Part shown: positions 44,206-52,254 of the stretch, piece after piece
Layout: the number at the start of each line of letters is the position of its first letter
How positions within the stretch are numbered: position 1 is the first letter of the stretch
Assembly (NCBI GenBank): GCA_964453265.1
Contig: CAYVNU010000001.1
Location: 52,022 to 104,275, forward strand
Reading direction: 5' to 3'
From: an uncultured Candidatus Saccharibacteria bacterium
Lineage (GTDB): Bacteria; Patescibacteriota; Doudnabacteria; UBA920
DNA length: 52,254 nt
The notes under the pieces: generated by a model
What the model was told of the DNA's origin: nothing
Database searches by the model: none
The model's input: only the letters and a program-made list of their open reading frames with translations
Translations under genes and position numbers: made by a program

Positions 44206-45090
44206 ATGAATATATTGCTTACCGGCGGTTTTGGGTTCATTGGCAGGCATTTGTCTTCGCACTTAGCCTCAAAATTTACTGTTTTTGCTCCGGCGCATTC
44301 GGAACTGGATGTTTTAGATTCGGCAAAAGTTTTGTCGTATGCAAAAGCTAATTCCATTGATGCAGTTGTGCACGCGGCAAATGTAGGGGGCAGCAGAAAA
44401 GATGAAAATAATTCTGAAGTATACTCCAAAAATCTACAAATGTTTTTAAACATAGCTGCGCTGGAACCTTTGGTTGGAAAAATAATTTTTTACGGTACCG
44501 GAGCTGAGTACGATAAATCAGCCAGCATTAGTATGGTTTTGGAATCAGATTTTGGAAAAAATTTGCCTAAGGACGAATACGGCAAAGCTAAGTTCGCATG
44601 TTCTCAGGAAATTGCTAAAATGCATAAAGCTATAAATTTGCGTTGCTTCGGCGTGTATGGAATTTATGAAGATTACGAACTTCGGTTTATTTCTTACGCC
44701 ATACTGCGGGCTTTGCTTGGACTGCCCATTATTTTAAAACAAGATACTCTATTTGAATATACCTATGTAAAAGATGTTTGCCGTTTAACCGAATATTTTT
44801 TAGAAAATGATGCTAAAGAAAAGTTTTATAATTTAGGCAGCGGCCGCCCGGTTAGTTTACTTTTTTTAGCCAAAATAGTTCAAAGCTTAACTAAAAGCTC
44901 TTTGCCTATAACTGTTTTAAAACCGGGTATGGGAAAAGAATATACCTGCAATTCGGATAGATTGAAGTTGGAAGTTAAAAATTTTATTTTTACCCCTTAT
45001 GAACAGGCGATACAAGAAATGATTGATTGGTATAAAGCGAATTTGAATTTATTAAATTTAGAAAAAATTAAAGCCGAAATGCCTGTATAA
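44206..45090 (+). CDS. NAD(P)-dependent sugar epimerase/reductase (extended SDR)
   Basis: MNILLTGGFGFIGRHL and YGKAKFACS (YxxxK). Confidence 0.7.
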   Translation: MNILLTGGFGFIGRHLSSHLASKFTVFAPAHSELDVLDSAKVLSYAKANSIDAVVHAANVGGSRKDENNSEVYSKNLQMFLNIAALEPLVGKIIFYGTGAEYDKSASISMVLESDFGKNLPKDEYGKAKFACSQEIAKMHKAINLRCFGVYGIYEDYELRFISYAILRALLGLPIILKQDTLFEYTYVKDVCRLTEYFLENDAKEKFYNLGSGRPVSLLFLAKIVQSLTKSSLPITVLKPGMGKEYTCNSDRLKLEVKNFIFTPYEQAIQEMIDWYKANLNLLNLEKIKAEMPV

Positions 45091-45132
45091 GGTAATTTGG
45101 TTTAAACATTAATTTTTGTTAAAATAACAAAT

Positions 45133-45285
45133 ATGCATTACATATGTACAGGTGGTTGCAAGGGTGTTAGTCAAGTGCCCGGCACCTGCCAAGCCGCAAG
45201 CTGCCCGTTAGTTGGACACGACCTTGAGCCGTGCGACTGTAAAGACGGAAAGCATTATGGCAAATTAGATCACCAGGAAAAGTAA
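45133..45285 (+). CDS. small Cys/His-rich protein (50 aa), not in the ORF track
   Basis: ATG 45133 to TAA 45285 reads MHYICTGGCKGVSQVPGTCQAASCPLVGHDLEPCDCKDGKHYGKLDHQEK, with 7 Cys and 5 His. It is locally GC-rich compared with its AT-rich flanks. Confidence 0.5.
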   Translation: MHYICTGGCKGVSQVPGTCQAASCPLVGHDLEPCDCKDGKHYGKLDHQEK

Positions 45286-45346
45286 TTAGGTTTTAAGGTG
45301 ATGTTAATTTGCAGAGCATCTAAGCAGGGTGCGTTCTTAATTTTGT

Positions 45347-46261
45347 ATGAGCGGTCAAAATCACAAAAAAACTATTTTGCTAACCGGTGCTACCGGATAT
45401 TTGGGTAGTAATCTGTTAAAAAAGCTGTTAGCAGAAGGCGAGTTTAATATAGTAGTCTTAAAAAGGTCTTTTTCCAATACTTTTAGAATTACGGATTGGT
45501 TAAGCAAGGTTCAAATTTACGACGCGGATAAAATTAATTTTGAGAGCATATTCAAGCTGCAGCAAATTGATATAATTTTACACTGCGCTACGGATTATGG
45601 CAGAAAGAACACGCCTATGCTTCAAACCATTGAAGCTAATTTACTTTTGCCTGTGCGTTTGCTGGAATTAGGCAAGCAGTACGGGGTTAAAGCTTTTATT
45701 AATACCGATACAATTTTAGACAAACGGATAAATGCTTATTCACTTTCCAAAAAACAGTTTAAAGAGTGGTTGTTTTTTTCCAAAGATTCGCTTGCCTGTA
45801 TTAATGCTTCGCTAGAACATTTTTTTGGCCCGGGCGATGACAAGACTAAATTTGCTTCTTTTATTATAAATGCGTTTTTAGTAAAACAACCGGCAATCGA
45901 TTTAACCTTAGGCGAGCAAAAAAGGGATTTTATATATATAGATGATTGCGTAAGAGCTTTCTTGGCTATTATTAGCCATGCGGCAAATTTAAATTCCGGC
46001 TTTTATGAGTTTGAAATTGGTACTAACCAGCCAATTAGTATAAAAGAATTTGTTTTGCTAATAAAAAAATTGACGGCAAGTTCTGAAACTATTTTAAATT
46101 TTGGCGCTTTGCCTTACCGGCAAAATGAAGTTATGGAATGTAAAACCGATACCGGTCCGATAAAAAAGTTAGGCTGGCAGGCAAAATATTCTTTAGAGGA
46201 AGGCTTATTAAAAACAATCACGGAAGAAAGAAAATTAATTAGCTTGACAACACAAAAATGA
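45347..46261 (+). CDS. NAD(P)-dependent sugar reductase/epimerase (extended SDR; CDP-sugar 4-reductase-like)
   Basis: ILLTGATGYLGSNLLKKLL and YSLSKKQFK (YxxxK). Confidence 0.65.
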   Translation: MSGQNHKKTILLTGATGYLGSNLLKKLLAEGEFNIVVLKRSFSNTFRITDWLSKVQIYDADKINFESIFKLQQIDIILHCATDYGRKNTPMLQTIEANLLLPVRLLELGKQYGVKAFINTDTILDKRINAYSLSKKQFKEWLFFSKDSLACINASLEHFFGPGDDKTKFASFIINAFLVKQPAIDLTLGEQKRDFIYIDDCVRAFLAIISHAANLNSGFYEFEIGTNQPISIKEFVLLIKKLTASSETILNFGALPYRQNEVMECKTDTGPIKKLGWQAKYSLEEGLLKTITEERKLISLTTQK

Positions 46262-46335
46262 ATCCCGTTAGAGTTAAAGTGATATTTAGTAATACTATTT
46301 TAGTTCTTCTTTCAGCTAAAAAATAACTATTATTT

Positions 46336-46436
46336 CCGTCGTAACTTTCGAGCCTGCCTGCCAGTACCTGTCTACCGATAGGCGGAGGCAGGAAGTGCGC
46401 CCGACCTGTCCTACGAAGTCTTGGCGAAGGGGGAAT
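46336..46436. repeat. intergenic copy of the GC-rich repeat family
   Basis: 46401-46429 ccgacctgtcctacgaagtcttggcgaag matches 5938-5966 at 27/29. Stem CCTGCCT (46353-46359) pairs with AGGCAGG (46386-46392). Confidence 0.65.
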
Positions 46437-46761
46437 CAATCTATATTTTTACTAGATCGCCCTTACCTTATATGCTATTTAAAGCTTATAATGACAATCT
46501 ATTCAATGCATTATATCGACTTGTTATAAATTTCTAAATAAGTTAATTTATAAACACGTTGTTACAAGGACTTATGAAAGCATTTTAGGCAATATTATGA
46601 AAAATTATTTTAATTAACTAAAGGTCGTGATTCGTTTATATTATTTTTATCGCGAAGCATTTTAAACAAATATGAGACTTTTGCCCGAAAACGCTACATA
46701 AAAGCGGTATGGGTAAACGCTGAATAAAGAATTGTTTAAAAAGTTTCTTAACTCTAACGGG

Positions 46762-47784
46762 ATGAAATATTTAATTACCGGGGGTGCGGGTTTTTTAGGT
46801 TCTAATTTGGCTAAAGAAGTATTAGAGAGGGGAGATGAATTGGCCATTTTTGACAACTTGTCGCGTTTGGGCGCGCAAGAGAATTTAGATTGGTTAAAAG
46901 GATTTGGTCAGTTTTTATTTACGCAAGGCAATGTGGCTAATGCGGCTGAAATTGAATCGGTTATTAAAACACAAAAACCGGATGTTATTTTTCACTTAGC
47001 CGGTCAAGTGGCAATGACAACTTCAATTTCAGACCCGAGAAAAGATTTTGAAACCAACGCGCTTGGCACTTTTAATGTTTTAAACGCTGTTCGGCAACAC
47101 TGCTTGGGTTGCGCGGTTTTGTATTCTTCAACCAACAAAGTTTATGGGGATTTAGAATATTTAAAATACAATGAAAGACCGACTCGATATGAATTGGCAG
47201 ACTTTTCGGCCGGACTTTCGGAAAATATTTCCTTAGAATTTGCTTCTCCATACGGCTGCTCAAAAGGCGCCGCTGACCAGTATTGTTTAGATTTTCATAA
47301 AACTTTTGGTTTGAAAACCGCGGTCTTTAGGCATTCTTCTATGTACGGAGGTAGGCAATTTTCCAGCTATGACCAAGGTTGGCTGGGTTGGTTTTGCGAG
47401 CAAGCAGTTTTAACCAAACAAGGCAAGTTAGAAAAACCTTTTACTATTTCCGGCAACGGCAAACAGGTACGGGATGTGCTGCACGCGGAAGATATGGTTA
47501 ATTTATATTTTTTAGCGGCCAAAGAAATTAATTCTATTGCCGGCCAGGTATTTAATATTGGCGGCGGGATGCAAAATAGTTTATCTTTGCTGGAATTGTT
47601 AAATTTTTTGGAAAAAGAATTAGATGTTAAACTTAACTATGAGCAATTGCCGCCGCGCGCTAGCGACCAAAAGGTTTTTGTGGCAGATATAGCAAAAATT
47701 CACAAGTTAATCGGCTGGCAACCAAAGGTAAGTAAAGAAGCGGGGATAAAAAAGATGTTAGAGTGGGTGAAAAGCAAAAACTAG
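46762..47784 (+). CDS. tyv: CDP-paratose (tyvelose) 2-epimerase family protein
   Basis: [108 protein letters not shown] and [10 protein letters not shown] closely track Salmonella Tyv/RfbE. ATG 46762 is preferred over the TTG at 46732. Confidence 0.88.
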   Translation: MKYLITGGAGFLGSNLAKEVLERGDELAIFDNLSRLGAQENLDWLKGFGQFLFTQGNVANAAEIESVIKTQKPDVIFHLAGQVAMTTSISDPRKDFETNALGTFNVLNAVRQHCLGCAVLYSSTNKVYGDLEYLKYNERPTRYELADFSAGLSENISLEFASPYGCSKGAADQYCLDFHKTFGLKTAVFRHSSMYGGRQFSSYDQGWLGWFCEQAVLTKQGKLEKPFTISGNGKQVRDVLHAEDMVNLYFLAAKEINSIAGQVFNIGGGMQNSLSLLELLNFLEKELDVKLNYEQLPPRASDQKVFVADIAKIHKLIGWQPKVSKEAGIKKMLEWVKSKN

Positions 47785-47819
47785 ATTTTATAAATAATTG
47801 TTAAATTTAAAAAAATACA

Positions 47820-48524
47820 ATGAATGTAAATAAAAAGTTAACCGTATTTATCCCGGCCTATAAAGAAGCGGAAAATTTAAAAGTCCTTTTGCCAAGGCTG
47901 GTTCAGACTCTTTCGGAGGTAGAACCGGATTATGAAGTTTTAGTGGTGGATACCATGCAGCCCATGGACGCGGCCAAAGAAGTTTGTAAAAACACGGCTG
48001 GCAATATTGTTTATTTAAACAGAACAGGTGGTAATAATTTTGGCGACGCGGTTAGAACCGGAATTTATGCGGCAGCCGGGCAATTTTTTATTGCAATGGA
48101 CGGCGACGGCTCCCACGCGCCGGAATTTATAAAAAACCTTTACGCGGAAAAAGACGCAAACGATGTAGTTATTGCTTCTCGCTACGTAGAGGGCGGGGAT
48201 ACGGAGAATCCTAAAGTTCTAATTTTAATGAGTAGGATTGTCAACATTATTTATTCGCTTGTTTTGAATTTAAACTGCAAAGATGTTTCTAACAGTTTTA
48301 AACTTTACAAAACCGCTGCTTTAAAAAGTTTAAATTTGAAATGCGATAACTTTGATATTGTGGAAGAAATTTTATTTAAGCTAAAAAAAGCCAATAAAAA
48401 TTTAAAAATAAAAGAATTGCCGTTTACTTTTAAAACTAGAATGTTCGGAGAGACTAAACGGAATTTGCTGGTTTTTATAGTTACTTATATTTTTACATTG
48501 TTAAAACTTAGGTTTAGCAAATAA
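47820..48524 (+). CDS. family 2 glycosyltransferase, polyprenyl-phosphate sugar synthase (Dpm1/GtrB-like)
   Basis: LTVFIPAYKEAENL, LVVDT and AMDGDGSHAPEFI. Confidence 0.8.
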   Translation: MNVNKKLTVFIPAYKEAENLKVLLPRLVQTLSEVEPDYEVLVVDTMQPMDAAKEVCKNTAGNIVYLNRTGGNNFGDAVRTGIYAAAGQFFIAMDGDGSHAPEFIKNLYAEKDANDVVIASRYVEGGDTENPKVLILMSRIVNIIYSLVLNLNCKDVSNSFKLYKTAALKSLNLKCDNFDIVEEILFKLKKANKNLKIKELPFTFKTRMFGETKRNLLVFIVTYIFTLLKLRFSK

Positions 48525-48531
48525 GCAGATT

Positions 48532-51500
48532 ATGAAAAGAATTTTGAGTTTATGGCGTTTTTTTACGGGCAATAAATTTTTTCGTTTTTGTTTAGTCGGC
48601 TCTTCGGGGATGGTTAGCAATCTTGCGGTTTTTTTTATTTTTAGAAAATATTTTCATGCCGACATAAACACTTCAGCTATTGCGGCCTTTACTTTTGCAG
48701 TAACGCAGAATTATTATTTTAATCAAAAATGGACGTTTAAGCATTCAGCCGGTAGCGACCTGAATTTTACCGGCTATGTTAAGTATGTAGGCGTAAATAT
48801 ATTTAGCTTAAGCGTAAATTTGCTGGCAGTTAATTTTATTGTCCGTAGCGGAGTGTTTAGGCTGCCGGAATTAGTTGCCCAGGCTGTGGGAATAGTCTTA
48901 GGTTTTTTAATTACCTATTTTGGTTCTGCTTTGCTGGTCTTTGCAAAAAAAGACCAGCAAGCCGCGCTTTTGGAGAGTAAAGAAGAGGTTTTAGGAATTG
49001 AGTTTACTAAAAAAAAATTTAAAACAGCCTTAGTAGCTGAACTCAAAAGCAGTTTTAAATACTGGCTTTTTATTTTTCTAGCGGCGTTTTTGGTGATTTA
49101 TTTAGGTCAACTTGCCGCGGTTATTGGTAGTAAGAGTATTTTAAAGCCGGTAACTATTTGGGCTACAACCGAGAACGGACAAGTTCCGCCTTCTTTGGAA
49201 AGATTTATGCAGTTAGCTAGAGCTGGTAATTATACTCTGCTAAAGCCGTCCTTAAACGCGGGCAAAGAATGGACAGTTGAGGGCGTATTTTTTAAAAAAG
49301 TTTTGCTAGCTATGTCTATAGAGGATTTGGCTAAGTTAAAAAATGTCCGAGTAGAAATTGGAGAAAAAACTTTTATTTACAATAAAGAGCAGTTTTTAAA
49401 AACTTGGCAGGAAGTAAGCCCGGTAATTTTAACCGGCAATTTGTCCGGCGCGGAAACCGGCAATTATAAATTTTTTCAATCGCCCGAGGACATGCGTTTT
49501 GCTGTTTCGCGCATTCCGATTTATAAAAGTTTTTTTAGCAGTATTATTAATTGGGCAGGGGACAGCCTGTTGTTTAGAAACCCGCTTCTAAACAGTTTTG
49601 GACCGGCTTTTTTAATGCTATTTTGGTTTATTTTTATTCGTATTTGTTTGGGAGTTATGCCGCCTCAAACAATCAACGAAGCTTTGGATCAGAGGCGCCG
49701 CGGTTATATAATTTTTTCTGGGGTTGTTTATGCGGCCATAGCCGGTTTGATTTTAATAAATTTTTGTTTGTCGATTTTTTACAAGCCCAATATTGCAAGT
49801 TTGCTTAGCCAGGCAGAGAGCAGTTTTGTGCCATATATTTTTAAATCTATTAGACCCAAACCTCTGGAAAGATTGCAGTTTATGCTGAGCGCGGCTGTTT
49901 TGCCTTTTTTGCTTTTTTTCCTTCATGGCTGGTTAAAAAAAGTAAAAATAATTTCTTTGGAATTTTGGTACAAGTTATGCGCGCTGCTTAACATTTTTTT
50001 ATTAGGCTCATTAATTTATTTAGGCTTGTCGGTTAGCGGTTTTTTCTTTATTTCGGATAGCGTCTTTTCAGGGGAGTTGTTAAAATATTTTTACGCGTTT
50101 TTAGTTTTTCCGCTGTGTTTTATTTTCTTTTTAACCCGGCCTTTACCGGAAAAAATTTTAAAGCTTCTTAAGCTTTTTGGCATATTAGCGGTGTTTATTG
50201 CCTTTGCACTAAGTATTGTAAATGTGTTTGACGGCTATATGCCGGTTGATTTAGATCCAGTGCTTTTTCCAGTGGTTTCTGTTTTGGCGGGCAAAAGTTT
50301 GCTGGCGCCTATTACCAGTTTTTACGGGCTGTATCCTTTTTTTATTGCGCCGATTTTTTATGTAATTGGTTTTTCTGTCTTAAAGTTTTCTTTTGTCATG
50401 GCCGCTTTAATGCTTATAAGTTTTGCCGCTTTATACCGAGCTTTGGGTTTGCTTATAAAAAATAAAACAATTTATTTATTGGGCTTTTTGTCTTTAGTAT
50501 TTTATACGGTCTTGGCAACGCGCGTTTTGCCGGAATATTATTTCCAGTATTGGCCACTGCGTTTTGTTTTTCCCTGTTTAGGTTTTTTATGTGTTGCCGC
50601 GTATTTAAAATATGAAAATAAATTATATTATTTTTTGAGTTTTATAGTCTGCGCTTTGGCGGTGTTGTGGAATTTGGAAACCGGAGCGGTTTTGTTTATA
50701 TCTTTTTTAGTCAGTCTCTTTTTTTCCCACCTGGCTAATTGGCAGGGTATACAGAAATTTATAGCAAAGAATTTTCAGCATTTGGTTGTGAGTAGTTTAG
50801 CTTTAGGTTTGGTATTTGGACTGTTTTCGGTTATAACTAAAATTCAGAGTAGTCACTGGCCGGATTTTACTTTGCTTTTCCGCTATCAGAAATTATTTGT
50901 GGCCGGCTATTTAAATATTGCTCTGGTGCCGCCTCCGCATACTTGGGTGGTGGTGGCTGTTATTTATTTACTAGGGCTTTTGTCGGCAATTGCGGCTTTA
51001 CAAAAACAGGCTGTTAATTTTACGGACAAAGTAGTTTTCTTTTTATCTATTTTAGGTGTGGGCCTGTTTGCGTACTATGAAGGCCAATCCAGCGATATAA
51101 CTTTATTCCGCACTTCCTACCCGGCAATTGTTATTGCGATAATTTTTGCAGACAGGCTGTGGGAGGAAATAAAAAGTTTTAAAGGCAGGCTTTATGGTAA
51201 TTTTTTCGCTTTTGCTTTTATTATGTTTGTTTTAATTTCCGTACCGTTTAGTTTGCTGTATAATTTAGCTACTTATTATAGTTTTGGTAAATTGGCTATA
51301 AAAAATATCAGGCTTGAAACTTCAGAAATTTTAAGTGATGCTGAATTTATAAAAACTCAAACAAAGCCCAAAGAAGCGGTGTTTATTTTAGCCAGTCCTT
51401 TGCAGGCCGAACTTTACGCAGAAAGTAATACCGTGCCAAATTTAAACATTCCTTCGGTGGCTGATATTGTTTTTCCATCTGACTTGGAAATTTTAATTAA

Positions 51501-51654
51501 TTTTTTGCAAACCAATAAAACTGTAAAAGTTTTTGTAAAACAGCCGCTTGAGTCATACGACAAATTCGACATAAAAATAAGACAAATACTGAGCGAAAAA
51601 TACACACAAGTTTCAAAAAGTAAAAATGGTATGGTTTTTTATATCTTAAAATAA
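48532..51654 (+). CDS. GtrA-like domain fused to a very large polytopic membrane protein (probable GT-C glycosyltransferase)
   Basis: The N-terminal 130 aa (FFRFCLVGSSGMVSNLAVFFIF...QNYYFNQKWTFK) form a GtrA domain. They are followed by about 900 aa with many TM helices and a soluble C-terminal domain. Confidence 0.65.
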   Translation: MKRILSLWRFFTGNKFFRFCLVGSSGMVSNLAVFFIFRKYFHADINTSAIAAFTFAVTQNYYFNQKWTFKHSAGSDLNFTGYVKYVGVNIFSLSVNLLAVNFIVRSGVFRLPELVAQAVGIVLGFLITYFGSALLVFAKKDQQAALLESKEEVLGIEFTKKKFKTALVAELKSSFKYWLFIFLAAFLVIYLGQLAAVIGSKSILKPVTIWATTENGQVPPSLERFMQLARAGNYTLLKPSLNAGKEWTVEGVFFKKVLLAMSIEDLAKLKNVRVEIGEKTFIYNKEQFLKTWQEVSPVILTGNLSGAETGNYKFFQSPEDMRFAVSRIPIYKSFFSSIINWAGDSLLFRNPLLNSFGPAFLMLFWFIFIRICLGVMPPQTINEALDQRRRGYIIFSGVVYAAIAGLILINFCLSIFYKPNIASLLSQAESSFVPYIFKSIRPKPLERLQFMLSAAVLPFLLFFLHGWLKKVKIISLEFWYKLCALLNIFLLGSLIYLGLSVSGFFFISDSVFSGELLKYFYAFLVFPLCFIFFLTRPLPEKILKLLKLFGILAVFIAFALSIVNVFDGYMPVDLDPVLFPVVSVLAGKSLLAPITSFYGLYPFFIAPIFYVIGFSVLKFSFVMAALMLISFAALYRALGLLIKNKTIYLLGFLSLVFYTVLATRVLPEYYFQYWPLRFVFPCLGFLCVAAYLKYENKLYYFLSFIVCALAVLWNLETGAVLFISFLVSLFFSHLANWQGIQKFIAKNFQHLVVSSLALGLVFGLFSVITKIQSSHWPDFTLLFRYQKLFVAGYLNIALVPPPHTWVVVAVIYLLGLLSAIAALQKQAVNFTDKVVFFLSILGVGLFAYYEGQSSDITLFRTSYPAIVIAIIFADRLWEEIKSFKGRLYGNFFAFAFIMFVLISVPFSLLYNLATYYSFGKLAIKNIRLETSEILSDAEFIKTQTKPKEAVFILASPLQAELYAESNTVPNLNIPSVADIVFPSDLEILINFLQTNKTVKVFVKQPLESYDKFDIKIRQILSEKYTQVSKSKNGMVFYILK

Positions 51655-51763
51655 ATAACTGGTTTACGAAATGCGAATTTTTTACAATTTACAAATTCAA
51701 AGTCAAACCGATAACTATGGTTAGTATATTCGTACCCATTGGTACTTCGTAAAATAAAAAAAT

Positions 51764-52254
51764 ATGAAAACTCTTTTAGCTTTTTTGTTAAAGTATATAA
51801 ATCCGCATAAACCTTTAGGTACGGCTTTGTTTAATGCTGTAGCCCGAGTAAGCGTTTCAGTGGCTTTTGAAGCTGTGGCGTTTAGGCGCGCTGTAAACGG
51901 AGAAAGAGAAATATATTTAACCAAGAGAGCGGACAATGATCCAGCTTACGGCGGACAGTGGCATGTGCCGGGTTCTATTTTAAGGCCGCAGGAAAAAGAC
52001 GAGCATATTTTAGCCCGTTTAGGCAGGCAAGAATTTGGCGCGAAAATTATAAAAGCTAAATTTGTGGCTATGCTTTCTAACCCGGGCGAGGCGCGGGGGC
52101 ATGTTTTGTCTTTAGTTTATTTAGTAAAGCTGGAAGCTGCGCCGAGCAGCGGGGGACAATGGTTTTTACTTAACAAACTTCCTCCAAACACAATTACTTT
52201 TCATAAAAAATACTTAATTCCGCTGGCCGCCAAAGACCATAAATTCGAAGACAT
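51764..52254 (+). CDS. NUDIX-hydrolase-like protein, 3' end outside window
   Basis: The frame is open from ATG 51764 to the window end. YGGQWHVPGSILRPQEKDEHILARLGRQEFG approximates the Nudix box Gx5Ex7REUxEExGU. The ORF is not in the track because no stop lies inside the window. Confidence 0.55.
   Translation, partial: MKTLLAFLLKYINPHKPLGTALFNAVARVSVSVAFEAVAFRRAVNGEREIYLTKRADNDPAYGGQWHVPGSILRPQEKDEHILARLGRQEFGAKIIKAKFVAMLSNPGEARGHVLSLVYLVKLEAAPSSGGQWFLLNKLPPNTITFHKKYLIPLAAKDHKFED

Noticed and set aside
1-52254. Search for CRISPR arrays, transposases, integrases and rRNA genes
   Set aside because: No regularly spaced direct repeats of 25-40 nt were seen. No DDE, tyrosine- or serine-recombinase-like ORF was seen, and no rRNA-like sequence.

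Overview
AT-rich, tightly packed window with 43 of 44 called genes on the plus strand. Gene content and style suggest a small-genome Patescibacteria/CPR-like bacterium; this is inference and no rRNA or marker search was possible. Three blocks are visible. (1) 1-12.0 kb holds the metK 3' end, a DUF4258/DUF2283 toxin-antitoxin-like pair, an SPFH protein, a membrane GT-C-like plus GT2 pair, and a sugar-phosphate operon (fused transketolase, GlpX, class I aldolase, LOG-family protein, transaldolase) interleaved with small ORFans, ending in tRNA-Pro(UGG). (2) A 690-bp AT-rich spacer carries a perfect consensus promoter and three co-oriented DnaA boxes. It is followed by a 1272-aa secreted Thr/Ser/Ala/Gly-rich surface (S-layer-like) protein with a strong high-expression codon signature. 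(3) 16.7-51.7 kb is about 35 kb of envelope and glycan genes. It includes two Wzy_C-TPR (O-antigen-ligase-like) paralogs flanking an orphan HlyD adaptor, and GDP-fucose synthesis (gmd, fcl) with a GT10 fucosyltransferase. It also includes a Wzx flippase, several other glycosyltransferases, a CDP-hexose pathway with a YerE-like ThDP enzyme and a tyvelose-epimerase homolog, and a Dpm1-like GT2 next to a GtrA-fused giant GT-C protein. The most unusual sequence-level signal is a modular family of GC-rich hairpin repeats. They sit in frame inside housekeeping genes (membrane protein, GT2, tkt, glpX), at the metK 3' end and in one intergenic spacer. Two small-ORF cassettes are bracketed by AT-rich repeats: an intact GxxExxY gene and a decayed four-helix-bundle gene. 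An unlisted 50-aa Cys/His-rich ORF lies at 45133-45285. No CRISPR array, transposase or integrase was seen.
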